The notes beneath the pieces were generated by a model, which saw only the letters and a program-made list of their open reading frames with translations, was not told the origin of the DNA and made no database searches. The translations under genes and the position numbers were made by a program. This document shows, piece by piece, positions 1-8,487 of a DNA stretch of 64,000 bases (its first letter is position 1; every line of letters starts with the position of its first letter). This stretch comes from Firmicutes bacterium UBA4882 (GTDB lineage: Bacteria; Bacillota; UBA4882): assembly GCA_002399265.1 (NCBI GenBank), contig DHDG01000039.1:33847-97846 (forward strand), written 5' to 3'.

Positions 1-1
1 T

Positions 2-514
2 AATAAATACTTACATGCCATGGACGTCTGCGTCAACCTGCGTTATCCGGAGGATGGCGAGACCAGTGCCACTATGATTCGGGCATTTGCAGCCGCGAAA
101 CCAGTCTTGTACACACCGTGCGGCGCAGGCGCCGAATTACCGGCGGGGATCGCTTTACCAATCCCGGCTAATTCTTCTGAAATCAGGCTGATTACCACAA
201 CTCTGATCCGGCTTTGCCTTGAACCTCTCCTCAGCAAGCTAATCGGAGAAAAGGCTCGCCGCTATTACAACGCCAATCATTTACCCGAAAGGACCGCCGC
301 AGATTACATACGGATGATTACCACCCTTAGTGGCGGTAGCGGTACCGGTTTCGGTGGGAACGGCAGTGTCGGAGACAGCGCTGGCCGCGGCCTGGGCACC
401 GCCAAGCAAAGCAACAAATCCGAATTCATGCACGGAGGGAACGGTAGTGAAAATAGGAGTGGATCTGCAGGCAATTCAGGGAACGTACAGCGACCGTGGA
501 ATCGGATTCTATAA
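2..514 (+). CDS. 3' part of a glycosyltransferase (GT1-like C-terminal region) that begins upstream of the window; Gly/Ser-rich tail
   Basis: Frame 2 is open from nt 2 with no stop. The sequence resembles the C-terminal half of group-1 glycosyltransferases. The last ~20 codons overlap the next GT gene in another frame. Confidence 0.4.
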   Translation, partial: NKYLHAMDVCVNLRYPEDGETSATMIRAFAAAKPVLYTPCGAGAELPAGIALPIPANSSEIRLITTTLIRLCLEPLLSKLIGEKARRYYNANHLPERTAADYIRMITTLSGGSGTGFGGNGSVGDSAGRGLGTAKQSNKSEFMHGGNGSENRSGSAGNSGNVQRPWNRIL

Positions 515-1787
515 TGAAAGTCTGTTCAAGAAAATAATCGCTGAAAAGCCCGCGCATATGGATTTCTTTTGGTTTTTGCAGCCTCAAAAACCGGTTCCGG
601 AATTTGCCGCGCACTCAGGTCATTCCGTCTTAATGCCAGCGAAAAGGTCAGAACATTGGTACGCAGACATAATCAGTGAGTTGGAACTGGATGTCTTTCA
701 CTGCACCTGTCCTTTCGGCGACTTTCCAGTTCCCAATGTAAGCAATAGCGGTTGCGGGACTATTGCTACCATTTATGACTTAATCCCACTCAAGTTGCCG
801 TTTTATTTCGCGGCAACCGTCAACAAGTCTGATTACATAAGCCGCCTACAGACATTGAAGAAATATCATAGCTTACTGACCATTTCTGACAGTGTCAAAG
901 ATGATATTAGACGCTATTTATCTTATCCGTCTGCGAAAATTTGCGTGATCGGAGCCGGAGTCGATGAGGAATTCTTTCAATGCCCGTCCAATAGCGATAG
1001 GGCTTTGCGCAGTCAGTATCTCATTTCCCAGCCTTATCTATTATGCACCGGCGGGGATGATCCGCGCAAGAACATGCCACGTCTAATTGAAGCGTTTGGG
1101 CTGCTTCCGCCACGCATGTCATCCTGCAAACTAGTAATTGTCTGTGACCTTTCGCCAGCAACGCAAAAAGCACTGTTGGCAAAAGCTGCTGAAGTTGGTG
1201 TTCAGGAACGCCTGATTTTAACCGGTTTTGTGCCCAAAAGCACGCTGATTGCCCTCTACAGATTTGCGGCCGCTTTTGTGTTTCCATCTTTGGCGGAAGG
1301 TTTTGGGTTGCCAATACTGGAAGCCATGGCCTGTGGCACCCCGGTGATCGCTTCCTTTGGTCGACCGTTCACCGACGTGGCCGGAGATGCCGCAATCTAT
1401 TTTGATCCATATAACCCCCATTCAATTGCATTTGCAATGTGCGCTGTGCTGGACAATAAAACCACGCATTTCCTGCTCGGCCAGAAAGGCCTGAAAAAAG
1501 CCGCCTCAAAAACATGGAACGCTGTGGCTCATGCTGCCTTAGCTGCTTATGAGAAGGTCAATGTTAATATTGATCGCCGCCATCGCGCCAATGAAAGCCC
1601 GAAATTGGAACGGCTGCTGACAACGATCCCTCTATCCTTACAGAAAAAACCTGCTCAGCCAGCGGCAGCTTCAGCGCTAACTGCAGCTTCGACACTAGCG
1701 CAGCCGCTAGTACAGGCTCCCCCAAAAAGGCCTTCCGATATCCGGGTATGGCCGGCCGTGTCGCTCAAAAAAGGCTATTTATCCTGA
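447..1787 (+). CDS. Group-1 glycosyltransferase (GT4-like); likely GTG start at 447 (track ORF opens at 330)
   Basis: A GT-B C-terminal signature is present (EGFGLPILEAMACGTPVI). GGAGGG lies 6 nt upstream of the GTG at 447, and the conserved domain begins right after it. There is a Pro/Ala-rich C-terminal tail. Confidence 0.75.
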   Translation: MKIGVDLQAIQGTYSDRGIGFYNESLFKKIIAEKPAHMDFFWFLQPQKPVPEFAAHSGHSVLMPAKRSEHWYADIISELELDVFHCTCPFGDFPVPNVSNSGCGTIATIYDLIPLKLPFYFAATVNKSDYISRLQTLKKYHSLLTISDSVKDDIRRYLSYPSAKICVIGAGVDEEFFQCPSNSDRALRSQYLISQPYLLCTGGDDPRKNMPRLIEAFGLLPPRMSSCKLVIVCDLSPATQKALLAKAAEVGVQERLILTGFVPKSTLIALYRFAAAFVFPSLAEGFGLPILEAMACGTPVIASFGRPFTDVAGDAAIYFDPYNPHSIAFAMCAVLDNKTTHFLLGQKGLKKAASKTWNAVAHAALAAYEKVNVNIDRRHRANESPKLERLLTTIPLSLQKKPAQPAAASALTAASTLAQPLVQAPPKRPSDIRVWPAVSLKKGYLS

Positions 1788-1911
1788 TTGCGTCTGCGCC
1801 CGCAATTGGCCCGACGAAATTCCTTTTTTTACTGTCTGGAAAGTCGGAAAGACTATCAGGCCGCTACCATATGATTAGAAAGGAACATTTATGGAAGAGG
1901 AGCGGTGAGCC

Positions 1912-2994
1912 ATGAAAGCAGTCATCTTGGCGGGCGGATTAGGAACCAGGCTGCGTCCGATGACCTACCGACGCCCAAAACCCGTCATTTCTCTTATGGG
2001 AAGACCTTTTCTGGAATTCCAAATTCGCTGGCTGGAATCATTTGGAGTGGAAGACATCGCTCTGTGCCTGCATTACCAAGCAGATCGGGTTGAGTCTGTT
2101 TTGGGAGACGGAAAACAATACGGCGTTCGTCTACATTACATCTTTGAGGAAACCCCCATGGGAACCGGCGGTGCCCTGGCAAACGCCGCATCTTTTTGGG
2201 GTCAGGATCGGCTTTTAGTCTTGAATGGTGACGTGTTGGTCAATTTTGATCTTTATAGCATGGTAGATATCCATGTGGCACGCAAGTCTGCTGCCACAAT
2301 CGCATTGGCGCGTGTTTCCGATCCGACTTCTTACGGCATGGTAATGGTGAAGCCAGACGGAAAAGTAGCGCGCTTCTTGGAAAAGCCGGCCTGGGATCAG
2401 GTTTCAGTCCGTAGTATCAACGCCGGCGTCTATATTCTGGAGCCGGAAATACTAAAGTTTATCCCGGCAGATCGCGAAATTTCCATCGAACGCGAAACAT
2501 TTCCTGTACTCTTAAGCGCAGGTTTGCCGTTTTATTCCTACCGCGAACCATTTTACTGGCTGGATATTGGGACTCCGGAAAAACTGATGCAAGCCCATTT
2601 TGATCTACTAGATCGTAGGATCTTTGCTAATTTGAATGGCAAACGGGTCAGTGATCACGTATGGGTCGATGATTCTGCCGAGCTGGGGGAGGGTGTCAGT
2701 CTGGTGCCTCCGGTTTTTATCGGAACGCAAGCCAAAATCGGGGCTGGTTCGACTATCGGACCATACGCGGTCATCGGCGCGCAAGCAATCGTAGAGAATG
2801 ATTGTGAGATTCGCCGCTCTGTGCTTTATGAAAACACCATTGTTGGCGCTAACTGCTTTTTATCCTGGTCGCTATTGGATGAACAGTCGCAAATCAGAGA
2901 AGAAGCCAGTATTCAAGGCTTTCTATTTTCCGCGGACTCGGTAATCGGAAAAGGCTGCCGCACTATTAAAGCATCCGAAGCCATTGACTCATAG
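1912..2994 (+). CDS. Sugar-phosphate nucleotidyltransferase (mannose-1-P guanylyltransferase / glucose-1-P thymidylyltransferase-like, with C-terminal left-handed beta-helix)
   Basis: The N-terminal motif MKAVILAGGLGTRLRP is present. An RBS (GAGGAG) lies upstream. A hexapeptide-repeat-like C-terminus is present. Confidence 0.85.
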   Translation: MKAVILAGGLGTRLRPMTYRRPKPVISLMGRPFLEFQIRWLESFGVEDIALCLHYQADRVESVLGDGKQYGVRLHYIFEETPMGTGGALANAASFWGQDRLLVLNGDVLVNFDLYSMVDIHVARKSAATIALARVSDPTSYGMVMVKPDGKVARFLEKPAWDQVSVRSINAGVYILEPEILKFIPADREISIERETFPVLLSAGLPFYSYREPFYWLDIGTPEKLMQAHFDLLDRRIFANLNGKRVSDHVWVDDSAELGEGVSLVPPVFIGTQAKIGAGSTIGPYAVIGAQAIVENDCEIRRSVLYENTIVGANCFLSWSLLDEQSQIREEASIQGFLFSADSVIGKGCRTIKASEAIDS

Positions 2995-3031
2995 AATTTA
3001 GTCGTTTTCAAAACCAGAGGTGATTACCGCC

Positions 3032-4210
3032 ATGTTCAGGTACAGTAACACCACGTTCGGGTTCAGTAATGTGTCATCGTCAAAACCATGTCATGTAAAT
3101 ATCGTCGGGCCGGTATTCGAGCCTACCGGCTACGCGCAGTTGACCAGAAAACTAGCCATGGGGTTGGACGCCGCGGGCATTGCTGTCAGGATCGGCCCTA
3201 TCAAATGGGGAGATGCACCAGAGGGCGTTGATTCCGCCACACGCCTCCGGCTGAATCGCCTGATCGGGGCACCGCTGGCGCAACGCATCACGATTCATAT
3301 CGGGCCACCAGATTTGTATCGTATTCCGGTCGCCGGGTATAGTATCCTGTTCGCTATGCTGGAATCCGACCGCATTCCAGCCCATTGGGCATCAGTCTGC
3401 AATGGCTTCAACGAGATCTGGGTTCCTACCGCATTTAACAAAAGTACTTTTGTCGCTGGCGGGATACGCCCCGGCAAAATCAGAATCGTCCCTTTGGGAG
3501 TGGATCACAGGCTGTTTTTACCACCCGCGGCTGGAACGCGTCCGCATCATCCGTTTACATTCCTGTCAGTGTTCGAGTGGATTCCGCGTAAAGGTTATCA
3601 TTGGCTCATTACAGCGTTTGCACGCATATTCAGCTCGAAGAACGTTCGCTTAGTGCTTAAGGTCCAGAAAAACGCCGGTTATCTGGACTGCCGCACCCAA
3701 ATTATCGCGGAAATCGAATCGCTCTGCAGCCAGGCTGGAAAAACGACCGCTGCACGGCAAATTGAGGTAATCAGCGAGATACTCAATGATAGCGCCATGG
3801 CTTCATTATACGCCCATGCAGATTGTTTTGTCCTGCCCAGCAGCGGGGAGGGGTGGTGCTTCCCCATCGTGGAAGCAGCGGCCGCCGGTCTGCCACTGAT
3901 TACAACTGATTGGGCTGGCCCGGCCGCTTATCTTGACAGAAACAATGCGTACCTGATCCCGGTTAAGAGAATGGTTCCGGCTGGCACAGGCGATCCGTAT
4001 CAGGACTTTCTATATGGCGGCAGCCAGTGGGCAGCACCGGATCCGGAAGTATTGGAACGCGCTATGATGGAAGTTTGGCAAAACCCTGCCTTAGCATTTG
4101 TCCGAGCCGATTCCCAGCGTCAACATATTTTAGGCAATTTTTCCTGGGAATGCGTCATACTAAGGGTAACAGGCCATATCAGAGAGATTCACGGAAATAT
4201 GTCGCGATGA
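3032..4210 (+). CDS. Group-1 glycosyltransferase
   Basis: GT1 C-terminal motifs are present (FVLPSSGEGWCFPIVEAAAAGLPLI). The ATG at 3032 is preceded by AGAGGTG. The track ORF begins at a GTG at 3020. Confidence 0.8.
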   Translation: MFRYSNTTFGFSNVSSSKPCHVNIVGPVFEPTGYAQLTRKLAMGLDAAGIAVRIGPIKWGDAPEGVDSATRLRLNRLIGAPLAQRITIHIGPPDLYRIPVAGYSILFAMLESDRIPAHWASVCNGFNEIWVPTAFNKSTFVAGGIRPGKIRIVPLGVDHRLFLPPAAGTRPHHPFTFLSVFEWIPRKGYHWLITAFARIFSSKNVRLVLKVQKNAGYLDCRTQIIAEIESLCSQAGKTTAARQIEVISEILNDSAMASLYAHADCFVLPSSGEGWCFPIVEAAAAGLPLITTDWAGPAAYLDRNNAYLIPVKRMVPAGTGDPYQDFLYGGSQWAAPDPEVLERAMMEVWQNPALAFVRADSQRQHILGNFSWECVILRVTGHIREIHGNMSR

Positions 4211-4223
4211 GGAGTGGCCGGGC

Positions 4224-5288
4224 TTGAAGAAAATTTTATTTTTATGCCGAGATCGTCTGACAACCAATCGGGCAGGGGACACCATCCAGATCGAGCAAAC
4301 AAAGCAAGCTCTGGAACGACTAAATGTCGAGGTGGACCTGATGACAACGTCCCAAGCTGAAAAGCCGGGTGCTTTTGTGGGACGTTTTTATGACGGAATC
4401 CACTTGTTTAATTTGATCCCGGTGGAAGAGACCTGGAGACAAGCCAGAATTGCAGATAGGCTTGGCATTCCATTCGCTCTGTCAACGATTTACTGGAACA
4501 TCGAGGAATACTTGCAGAAAGGCGGAGAACGGAGCGCCTCAGCGAAGATTTGGTGGCGTCAGGCCCAAACAATCAGACGGCTCCTGGCAGACAGCGCTCA
4601 AATACTACTGCCCAATTCACTGGCAGAAAAGGAGCTGCTCCTTACGGATTTCGGGGAAGATCTGGCCTGGAAAATGCATATTGTTCCCAATGCCGTAGAC
4701 CTGACGTTATCGGAAAACAGCCCTGAGCGATTCCGCACCCAGTTTGGCGTCAAGCGGCAATTTGTGCTCAGCGTGGGACGGATTGTGCGCCGCAAGAATC
4801 AGCTCGCGTTAATCCGCGCTTTGCAGAGTACTAATTTGCAGCTTGTTCTGATCGGTCCGGTCAATGATGCGGACTATTATCGCGAATGCCAAGCAGAAGC
4901 AAGCGACAAAGTGCGTTTTATTCCCGAGTTATCTTCGCAAATGCTGGCGTCCGCCTATGCGGCCGCCCGCGTCCATGCCCTGGTAAGCTGGTATGATACT
5001 CCAGGCCTGGTATCTTTGGAGGCGGCTTTGATGCAGTGTCATATTGTCACTACCGATCGCGGTCCTACCAGAGAGTATTTTGGTGATGATGCTTTTTATT
5101 GCGCGCCGGACTCTCCAGAGTCGATTAAAAATGCGGTGCTTAATGCCTGGAAAGCTTCTGCCAACGATCAATTGCGGGACAAAGTCATCAAAAACTACTC
5201 GTGGCAAAACTCAGCAGCAGCAACTTTGAAAGCCTATGATCATTTTGAAAAAGCAGGCGTGAAGACACGCCTGCTTGAGGAGGGATAG
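4224..5288 (+). CDS. Group-1 glycosyltransferase
   Basis: A GT1 C-terminal domain is present (LSVGRIVRRKNQ...SWYDTPGLVSLEAALMQCHIV). The start is TTG with an upstream GGAGTGG. Confidence 0.8.
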   Translation: MKKILFLCRDRLTTNRAGDTIQIEQTKQALERLNVEVDLMTTSQAEKPGAFVGRFYDGIHLFNLIPVEETWRQARIADRLGIPFALSTIYWNIEEYLQKGGERSASAKIWWRQAQTIRRLLADSAQILLPNSLAEKELLLTDFGEDLAWKMHIVPNAVDLTLSENSPERFRTQFGVKRQFVLSVGRIVRRKNQLALIRALQSTNLQLVLIGPVNDADYYRECQAEASDKVRFIPELSSQMLASAYAAARVHALVSWYDTPGLVSLEAALMQCHIVTTDRGPTREYFGDDAFYCAPDSPESIKNAVLNAWKASANDQLRDKVIKNYSWQNSAAATLKAYDHFEKAGVKTRLLEEG

Positions 5289-5295
5289 GGGAGAG

Positions 5296-5778
5296 TTATA
5301 TGCACGACGCCGGGAAACACCAGATACCTCTGCCCTGTGCCGGACCGGTCGCAAATACTCCGCAATGACCGGTGAGGACATCGATCTGCTCCAGGCTGGC
5401 AACTTTGATTAATACATGAGCCACTACTTTTTCAAGCAAGACTCCGTTGCAGAGCTTGAAATCAACAAAAAGATCCTGCAAGAAATTCTCAACGATGTGA
5501 CCGGGCTGGGTGCCGGGAATATCAGCCGCGATAACGAATGGAATGTCTACCCCTGTATGGCGGACAAAGTTGTCAGCGTCAACCCAGAAAATCTGTTTAT
5601 GAATGAACCCCTGTTTGACGACTTTATTTGGAAACACGTGATCCGTAACGTTCACCAAAGACGCTACTACGCGATCCACTTTAATGGCATCTGGAAGAGG
5701 AACATCAGCCGCCTCTACTATTTGCACCACTTTTTCCCCAACAACCCGCTCTGCTTTAATGCGAACTTTTTTCCACAT
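5296..5778 (-). CDS. Hypothetical protein, paralog 1 of a tandem pair (~160 aa, no recognisable domain)
   Basis: The ORF is ~60% identical to 6011..6496. Both begin MWKK at an ATG preceded by the same AAAGGCAGGTG RBS context. The first 20 codons of the track ORF were trimmed. Confidence 0.6.
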   Translation of the reverse strand: MWKKVRIKAERVVGEKVVQIVEAADVPLPDAIKVDRVVASLVNVTDHVFPNKVVKQGFIHKQIFWVDADNFVRHTGVDIPFVIAADIPGTQPGHIVENFLQDLFVDFKLCNGVLLEKVVAHVLIKVASLEQIDVLTGHCGVFATGPAQGRGIWCFPASCI

Positions 5779-6010
5779 TGAACTGTCCACCTGCCTTTCT
5801 GCTTTCAGCATATGGCCCAAAATCCCTGACTGTAACATGCCGAAAGCACAATCGCGTATTTATTTTATATCCCGATTCGTACCGACCGCCTCATCTCGTG
5901 CGCGTAAAGCGAGGCTATCCTTCCGGACAGCCTCGCCTCACCTAACATCTGAAGTCGCGATCTATATTGGTGATCTGGCCTCTAAAGCCTGTTATCACGG
6001 AATCAGAGAA

Positions 6011-6496
6011 TTAGGGATCGCAACCGAAGAACTGAAATACTGTCTGCCCAGGGGCAGGGCCGCTTGAAAATACACCACATTGGCCTGTGATGACATCAAG
6101 CTGCTCCAGGACGCTAACCTTCACCAGCACATGAGCGACTACTTTTTCGCATAAGAAGCCGTTGACCAGCTGGAAGTCGGTAAATACATCCTGCAGGAAC
6201 AGTTCTACGATTTGACCTGGAGTGGCAGCAGGAATATCGCATGCCGCACAAAACGGAATATCCTGAGCGATATGTCTGACAGTGTTGGTAGAGTCAACCC
6301 AGAATATTTGTTTGTGAACGAATCCCTGCAATACTACTTTGCCAGGGAAGAGATGATGGACGATATTAGTTAACGTGGCGACAATGCGATCCACCTTAAT
6401 GGCACCCGGCAATGCGAGAGCCGGCGCCTCTTCCACAATTTGAGCGATGCATTCGCCGACTACTCGTTCAGCCTTAATACGGGCTTTCTTCCACAT
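6011..6496 (-). CDS. Hypothetical protein, paralog 2 of a tandem pair
   Basis: The ORF is homologous to 5296..5778 along its full length, with the same RBS and the same MWKK start. Confidence 0.6.
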   Translation of the reverse strand: MWKKARIKAERVVGECIAQIVEEAPALALPGAIKVDRIVATLTNIVHHLFPGKVVLQGFVHKQIFWVDSTNTVRHIAQDIPFCAACDIPAATPGQIVELFLQDVFTDFQLVNGFLCEKVVAHVLVKVSVLEQLDVITGQCGVFSSGPAPGQTVFQFFGCDP

Positions 6497-6615
6497 TCGT
6501 GTCACCTGCCTTTCTGATTTCAGCTTATGCTGGCGATGGTCCTAAGTTTCGGGACAGCAGACCAACTTAATGCGCAAAGTGCTTTTAGCCGGACCGAGGC
6601 TTTGGTGTCGGGGCC

Positions 6616-7083
6616 TTAACGCCTGGATTCTAGTCCCGGGGGCGATGAACGGGCTCCTTTGCAATGAGGCGACCGGCGAATGGCAACATAATCAGGCACC
6701 TGCCAGGATGCTCTGGCGATCTGCATGCCATTTTCGAGAAAGACTTCAAAATTGATCAATTCCTTATAGAAGAAACTGCTGTCAAGGGCGGCTGCAAAGG
6801 TCGTTTCCGGAACTGGTTGGGCTATTATTACAGCTTCATGCCCCCGATAATAGACAAACAAGGGTCGAAAGCCATAGCAAGCCAAGATAATGCGGTCTGG
6901 AGGCCATTGCCATTGACCCTGGCTTTGGCTTGGGCAGTTTGCTTCATCGCGAAACTGAGCAAGGGTGGCGAAAACGCTAATACCGGATTGCTTGTTCTCA
7001 TTGCTGTATTCTAAAAAGGATTCCGGATGTAAAGGGATGTACTCGACAGCAGGGAATGGGCAGATTTGACGGGGAACATTCAA
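6616..7083 (-). CDS. Hypothetical protein downstream of the anti-sigma factor gene
   Basis: A 155-aa ORF with a weak RBS. A 116-aa ORF on the opposite strand overlaps it and cannot be excluded. Confidence 0.3.
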   Translation of the reverse strand: MNVPRQICPFPAVEYIPLHPESFLEYSNENKQSGISVFATLAQFRDEANCPSQSQGQWQWPPDRIILACYGFRPLFVYYRGHEAVIIAQPVPETTFAAALDSSFFYKELINFEVFLENGMQIARASWQVPDYVAIRRSPHCKGARSSPPGLESRR

Positions 7084-7209
7084 ATTGATCGCCTCCGCCG
7101 TGTAGTTTATTGCATCCTATGCTCAAATCCCAAAAATGGTTCAGTCACAAAAAATAGGCTGTTCATTGCCGAACAGCCTCAAAAGAATGGGGGATATGAG
7201 TTTACGAGA

Positions 7210-7788
7210 TTACCTATATTGCCCGGAAGGGAAGAGGTTAAGCTCATAGAATCCGGAGGAGGTATCGTCAAAAATCGTCGCAGGATTCTGACCGGCAACT
7301 ACTGACTTGATACTCCACGCCGAGGAAGAGCCATTACCAAGAGTTACCGGAAAATAATAGTGCCGATCTGTAAAAGGCGGGGCTTCTGTCGGAGAATCTG
7401 ACACCACTTGCACCTTGCGCTGCGGATTCTCTTGCGCGTAGCCATCCGGTTTGGCGTTGCGGACAAGTCCGTTCATTGAGAAAATCCCGATGAGCGCCGC
7501 CGCGGCAGCCAACATGAGACCCCGGCTGATCACTTTATGATTACCTGGCACAAATTCTATTGTTACGGAATGGCTTAATTCTTCTTTTACCAATGCTGAG
7601 AAATCATGATAAGGTTTGATGGATTCCAGGCGACCCAACAAACACCGAACCTCTTTCAATTGATCCAGCAAATCGTTGCATTGCCTGCAACTGACCAGGT
7701 GCTGGCGCACCTGCCGTTTTTCTTCAGCATCAAGCTCGTCATCGATAAAAGCCGACAACAGATGTGAAAGACGTGTACAATCCATCAT
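7210..7788 (-). CDS. Anti-sigma factor, zinc-binding (ZAS-type HxxxCxxC) with one transmembrane segment
   Basis: The N-terminal helix MMDCTRLSHLLSAFIDDELD plus the HLVSCRQC motif are typical. A TM segment follows (LMLAAAAALIGIF). GAGGAGG lies 7 nt upstream of the ATG at 7788, and the gene starts 4 nt after the sigma factor stop. Confidence 0.75.
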   Translation of the reverse strand: MMDCTRLSHLLSAFIDDELDAEEKRQVRQHLVSCRQCNDLLDQLKEVRCLLGRLESIKPYHDFSALVKEELSHSVTIEFVPGNHKVISRGLMLAAAAALIGIFSMNGLVRNAKPDGYAQENPQRKVQVVSDSPTEAPPFTDRHYYFPVTLGNGSSSAWSIKSVVAGQNPATIFDDTSSGFYELNLFPSGQYR

Positions 7789-7792
7789 CACA

Positions 7793-8383
7793 CTACCTCC
7801 TCTCACTACTGGAGGCTAAATAGGGCTGGAGTAATTCCCGCAGCTGCCTGCGCCCCCGGTGAATACGGGAACGAACCGTACCAATCGAACAATTTAAAAT
7901 GTGCGAAATCTCCTCATATGAAAAACCTTGCACGTCGCAGAGTATAATTGCGGCGCGAAACTCGGGTGACAGTGTTTTCAATGCCTTGGCGAGAACCCCC
8001 TGAAACTCCAAGCTTTCATAATCCTCAACTGGTCCCGCCGAATTGTCCGCAAGCTCACGCGTAATATCGCCCTCACTGGTACGTATGGGATTATCAAGTG
8101 ATTCCTGACGAATTTTGCGATTCTTACGTACATGATCCAGATAAAGATTATGAATGATACGGTATACCCAGCGGTCAAAACATGTTCCGGGAGTAAACTT
8201 GTCGTAATTCTTATAAGCCCGATAGAATGCCTCCTGAGTCAAATCCTTGGCCTCTTCGGGGTCGCCGGTCAGCCGGTAAGCAAAGTTGTACAGAGCGCGC
8301 TCATGCGTTTGCACCAGTTTCTCAAAAGAATCCCAGCCGTTTTCAAGACCAGTCGGCAATGAGAGCGCTTTGGATTGCAGCAT
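7793..8383 (-). CDS. ECF-family RNA polymerase sigma factor (sigma-70 regions 2 and 4)
   Basis: Sigma region 2 (DLTQEAFYRAYKN) and region 4 (EEISHILNCSIGTVRSRIHRGR) are present. The gene is directly followed by the anti-sigma gene. Confidence 0.85.
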   Translation of the reverse strand: MLQSKALSLPTGLENGWDSFEKLVQTHERALYNFAYRLTGDPEEAKDLTQEAFYRAYKNYDKFTPGTCFDRWVYRIIHNLYLDHVRKNRKIRQESLDNPIRTSEGDITRELADNSAGPVEDYESLEFQGVLAKALKTLSPEFRAAIILCDVQGFSYEEISHILNCSIGTVRSRIHRGRRQLRELLQPYLASSSERR

Positions 8384-8450
8384 ACAGACCCCTCCTCTTG
8401 CAGAGTAAGCTATTGAAATATCTTAGTGGAATAGAATATTGCTATCTTAA

Positions 8451-8479
8451 TTGTATAATTGATTGGCCCTGTTTGTCAA
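8451..8479 (-). promoter_or_regulatory. Candidate sigma-A promoter for the sigma/anti-sigma operon (TTGACA-16/17-TATACA)
   Basis: The minus strand reads TTGACAaacagggccaatcaatTATACAat between the htrA stop and the sigma factor start. Confidence 0.4.
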
Positions 8480-8487
8480 AAGGATGG

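Noticed and set aside
330-446. Track start of the glycosyltransferase ORF at 330
   Set aside because: The first 39 codons (MAVAVPVSVGTAVSETALAA…) are Ala/Val/Pro-rich read-through that overlaps the upstream gene. A GTG at 447 with GGAGGG 6 nt upstream coincides with the start of the conserved domain.
5416-6067. Plus-strand ORFs 5416..5781 (121 aa) and 5684..6067 (127 aa)
   Set aside because: They are antisense to the tandem paralog genes, which have strong matched RBS/start contexts and mutual homology. The plus-strand ORFs have no RBS and odd composition. They are likely shadow ORFs.
6664-7014. Plus-strand 116-aa ORF overlapping the minus-strand 6616..7083 ORF
   Set aside because: It cannot be resolved from sequence alone. 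I kept the minus-strand ORF at low confidence because it continues the direction of the sigma/anti-sigma operon. Either, both or neither may be real.
8451-8459. Plus-strand TGTATAAT (-10-like) inside the htrA-sigma spacer
   Set aside because: It would drive transcription antisense into htrA and has no matching -35. The minus-strand TTGACA/-10 reading of the same sequence is the more plausible promoter for the sigma factor gene.
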